From a bacterium (GTDB lineage: Bacteria > Muiribacteriota > UBA6191): 37,978 nt of DNA. Below are positions 37,245 through 37,978 of this stretch, piece by piece. The notes under the pieces are model-generated. The model ran no database searches. It had not been told where the DNA came from and worked only from the letters and a program-made list of their open reading frames with translations. Positions within the stretch are counted from its first letter, which is position 1. Every line of letters begins with the position of its first letter. Location: assembly GCA_036339875.1 (NCBI GenBank), contig JAYZAC010000045.1:1-37978 (forward strand). Reading direction: 5' to 3'. The translations under genes were made by a program, and so were the position numbers.

Positions 37245-37978
37245 TTCATAAACTCCTGCGCTGGGGCAGCCGAACGCTGAATATCAACCGTTTCATTACT
37301 CCAGCAGACTTCGGCAGGCCATTGATGAGCCAAGAATAACGGCATACTCTCAGAAAATCCATAGGCTCCGGACTTAGAAAACATTAAAATATCTTCAGCT
37401 GCAGTATTTGCGGGCAGATCTGCTGTGCCTAGCCAGTCTAGTGAAGTGCATAAAGGTCCATGAATTGAGAATTGATTTGCTTGAGTATCTTGAGAGCTTG
37501 TATTAATTACGGGAAAACCTTCCTGAGTGAGCGCAGGTCTGAGTAGATGATTCATACCAGATTCTAAAATTAAAAAATCTTTGTTGCGGGTACGCTTACG
37601 ATCAATGACTCGACTTAAATAGGCGGCGCATAATCCGACACTGTAACGACCGGGCTCAATCCATATCTGATCAAAGAGTTTTTGATTATTTATTTTTTTT
37701 AGAATATCACCAATACTTTCCCATGAGTATTCAATAAGATTAGGGCTTGAATAGTCGATTCCTAAACCGCCTCCTAGATCAATGACTCTATTTTGAATTC
37801 GAGCTTCTTGGCAAAACTTTGCAGAGCGCTGTATTACACTCTGCCATATTTCATCAAGATCATTTAAATTTACCAAATTGCCCCACTGAAAACAGTGAAC
37901 CCCCATGATATCAACTCGATTATGAGTCTGCCGTTTAAGTACTTCGATCCAATGGGTATCTTCGAGTCCGAATACAGT
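37241..37978 (-). CDS. Fold-type III PLP-dependent decarboxylase (LysA/diaminopimelate decarboxylase-like), N-terminally truncated by window edge
   Basis: DLGGGLG, EPGRY, RPAL, GPLCTSLD, GAYG. The frame stays open for 24 codons upstream of the track's ATG to the edge (TVFGLEDTHW..), so the real start lies outside the window. Confidence 0.88.
   Translation of the reverse strand, partial: TVFGLEDTHWIEVLKRQTHNRVDIMGVHCFQWGNLVNLNDLDEIWQSVIQRSAKFCQEARIQNRVIDLGGGLGIDYSSPNLIEYSWESIGDILKKINNQKLFDQIWIEPGRYSVGLCAAYLSRVIDRKRTRNKDFLILESGMNHLLRPALTQEGFPVINTSSQDTQANQFSIHGPLCTSLDWLGTADLPANTAAEDILMFSKSGAYGFSESMPLFLAHQWPAEVCWSNETVDIQRSAAPAQEFMK

Noticed and set aside
37241..37978. Assigning gene symbol lysA (and astE to its neighbour)
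   Set aside because: Family membership is clear but substrate specificity is not; the gene is truncated and its motifs deviate from canonical LysA.

Overview
AT-rich bacterial chromosomal window with no recognisable rRNA, tRNA, CRISPR array, integrase or transposase. The left half (1-18.8 kb) holds two tandem, paralogous, giant secreted fibre-like genes on the minus strand. One is a complete 4911-aa protein. The other is missing from the supplied ORF track; it is at least 1350 aa, runs off the left edge, and appears to start at a non-canonical ATT overlapping the first gene's stop codon. The 4911-aa protein reads as: signal peptide; YQG-type N-terminal domain; phage-fibre-like D-x-D-N-x-x-Y-x-x-D-P repeats and HxH motifs; a ~2000-aa shaft of 10-residue repeats interrupted by three beta-propeller inserts (one with a nested Kelch propeller); and a Cys-containing C-type-lectin-like tip. 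Upstream on the same strand are a thioredoxin-fold protein lacking CxxC and an EEP-family enzyme. The right half is mixed housekeeping and accessory genes: a pentapeptide-repeat protein, an exported Zn-ribbon protein, a lipoprotein, a degenerate SNase-fold protein, a CBM20-esterase, gloB, def, two tandem membrane HAMP-PP2C/SpoIIE phosphatases, small hypotheticals, an NSS transporter, an M14 desuccinylase-like enzyme and a truncated LysA-like decarboxylase. All family assignments come from motif recognition by eye, not from searches.
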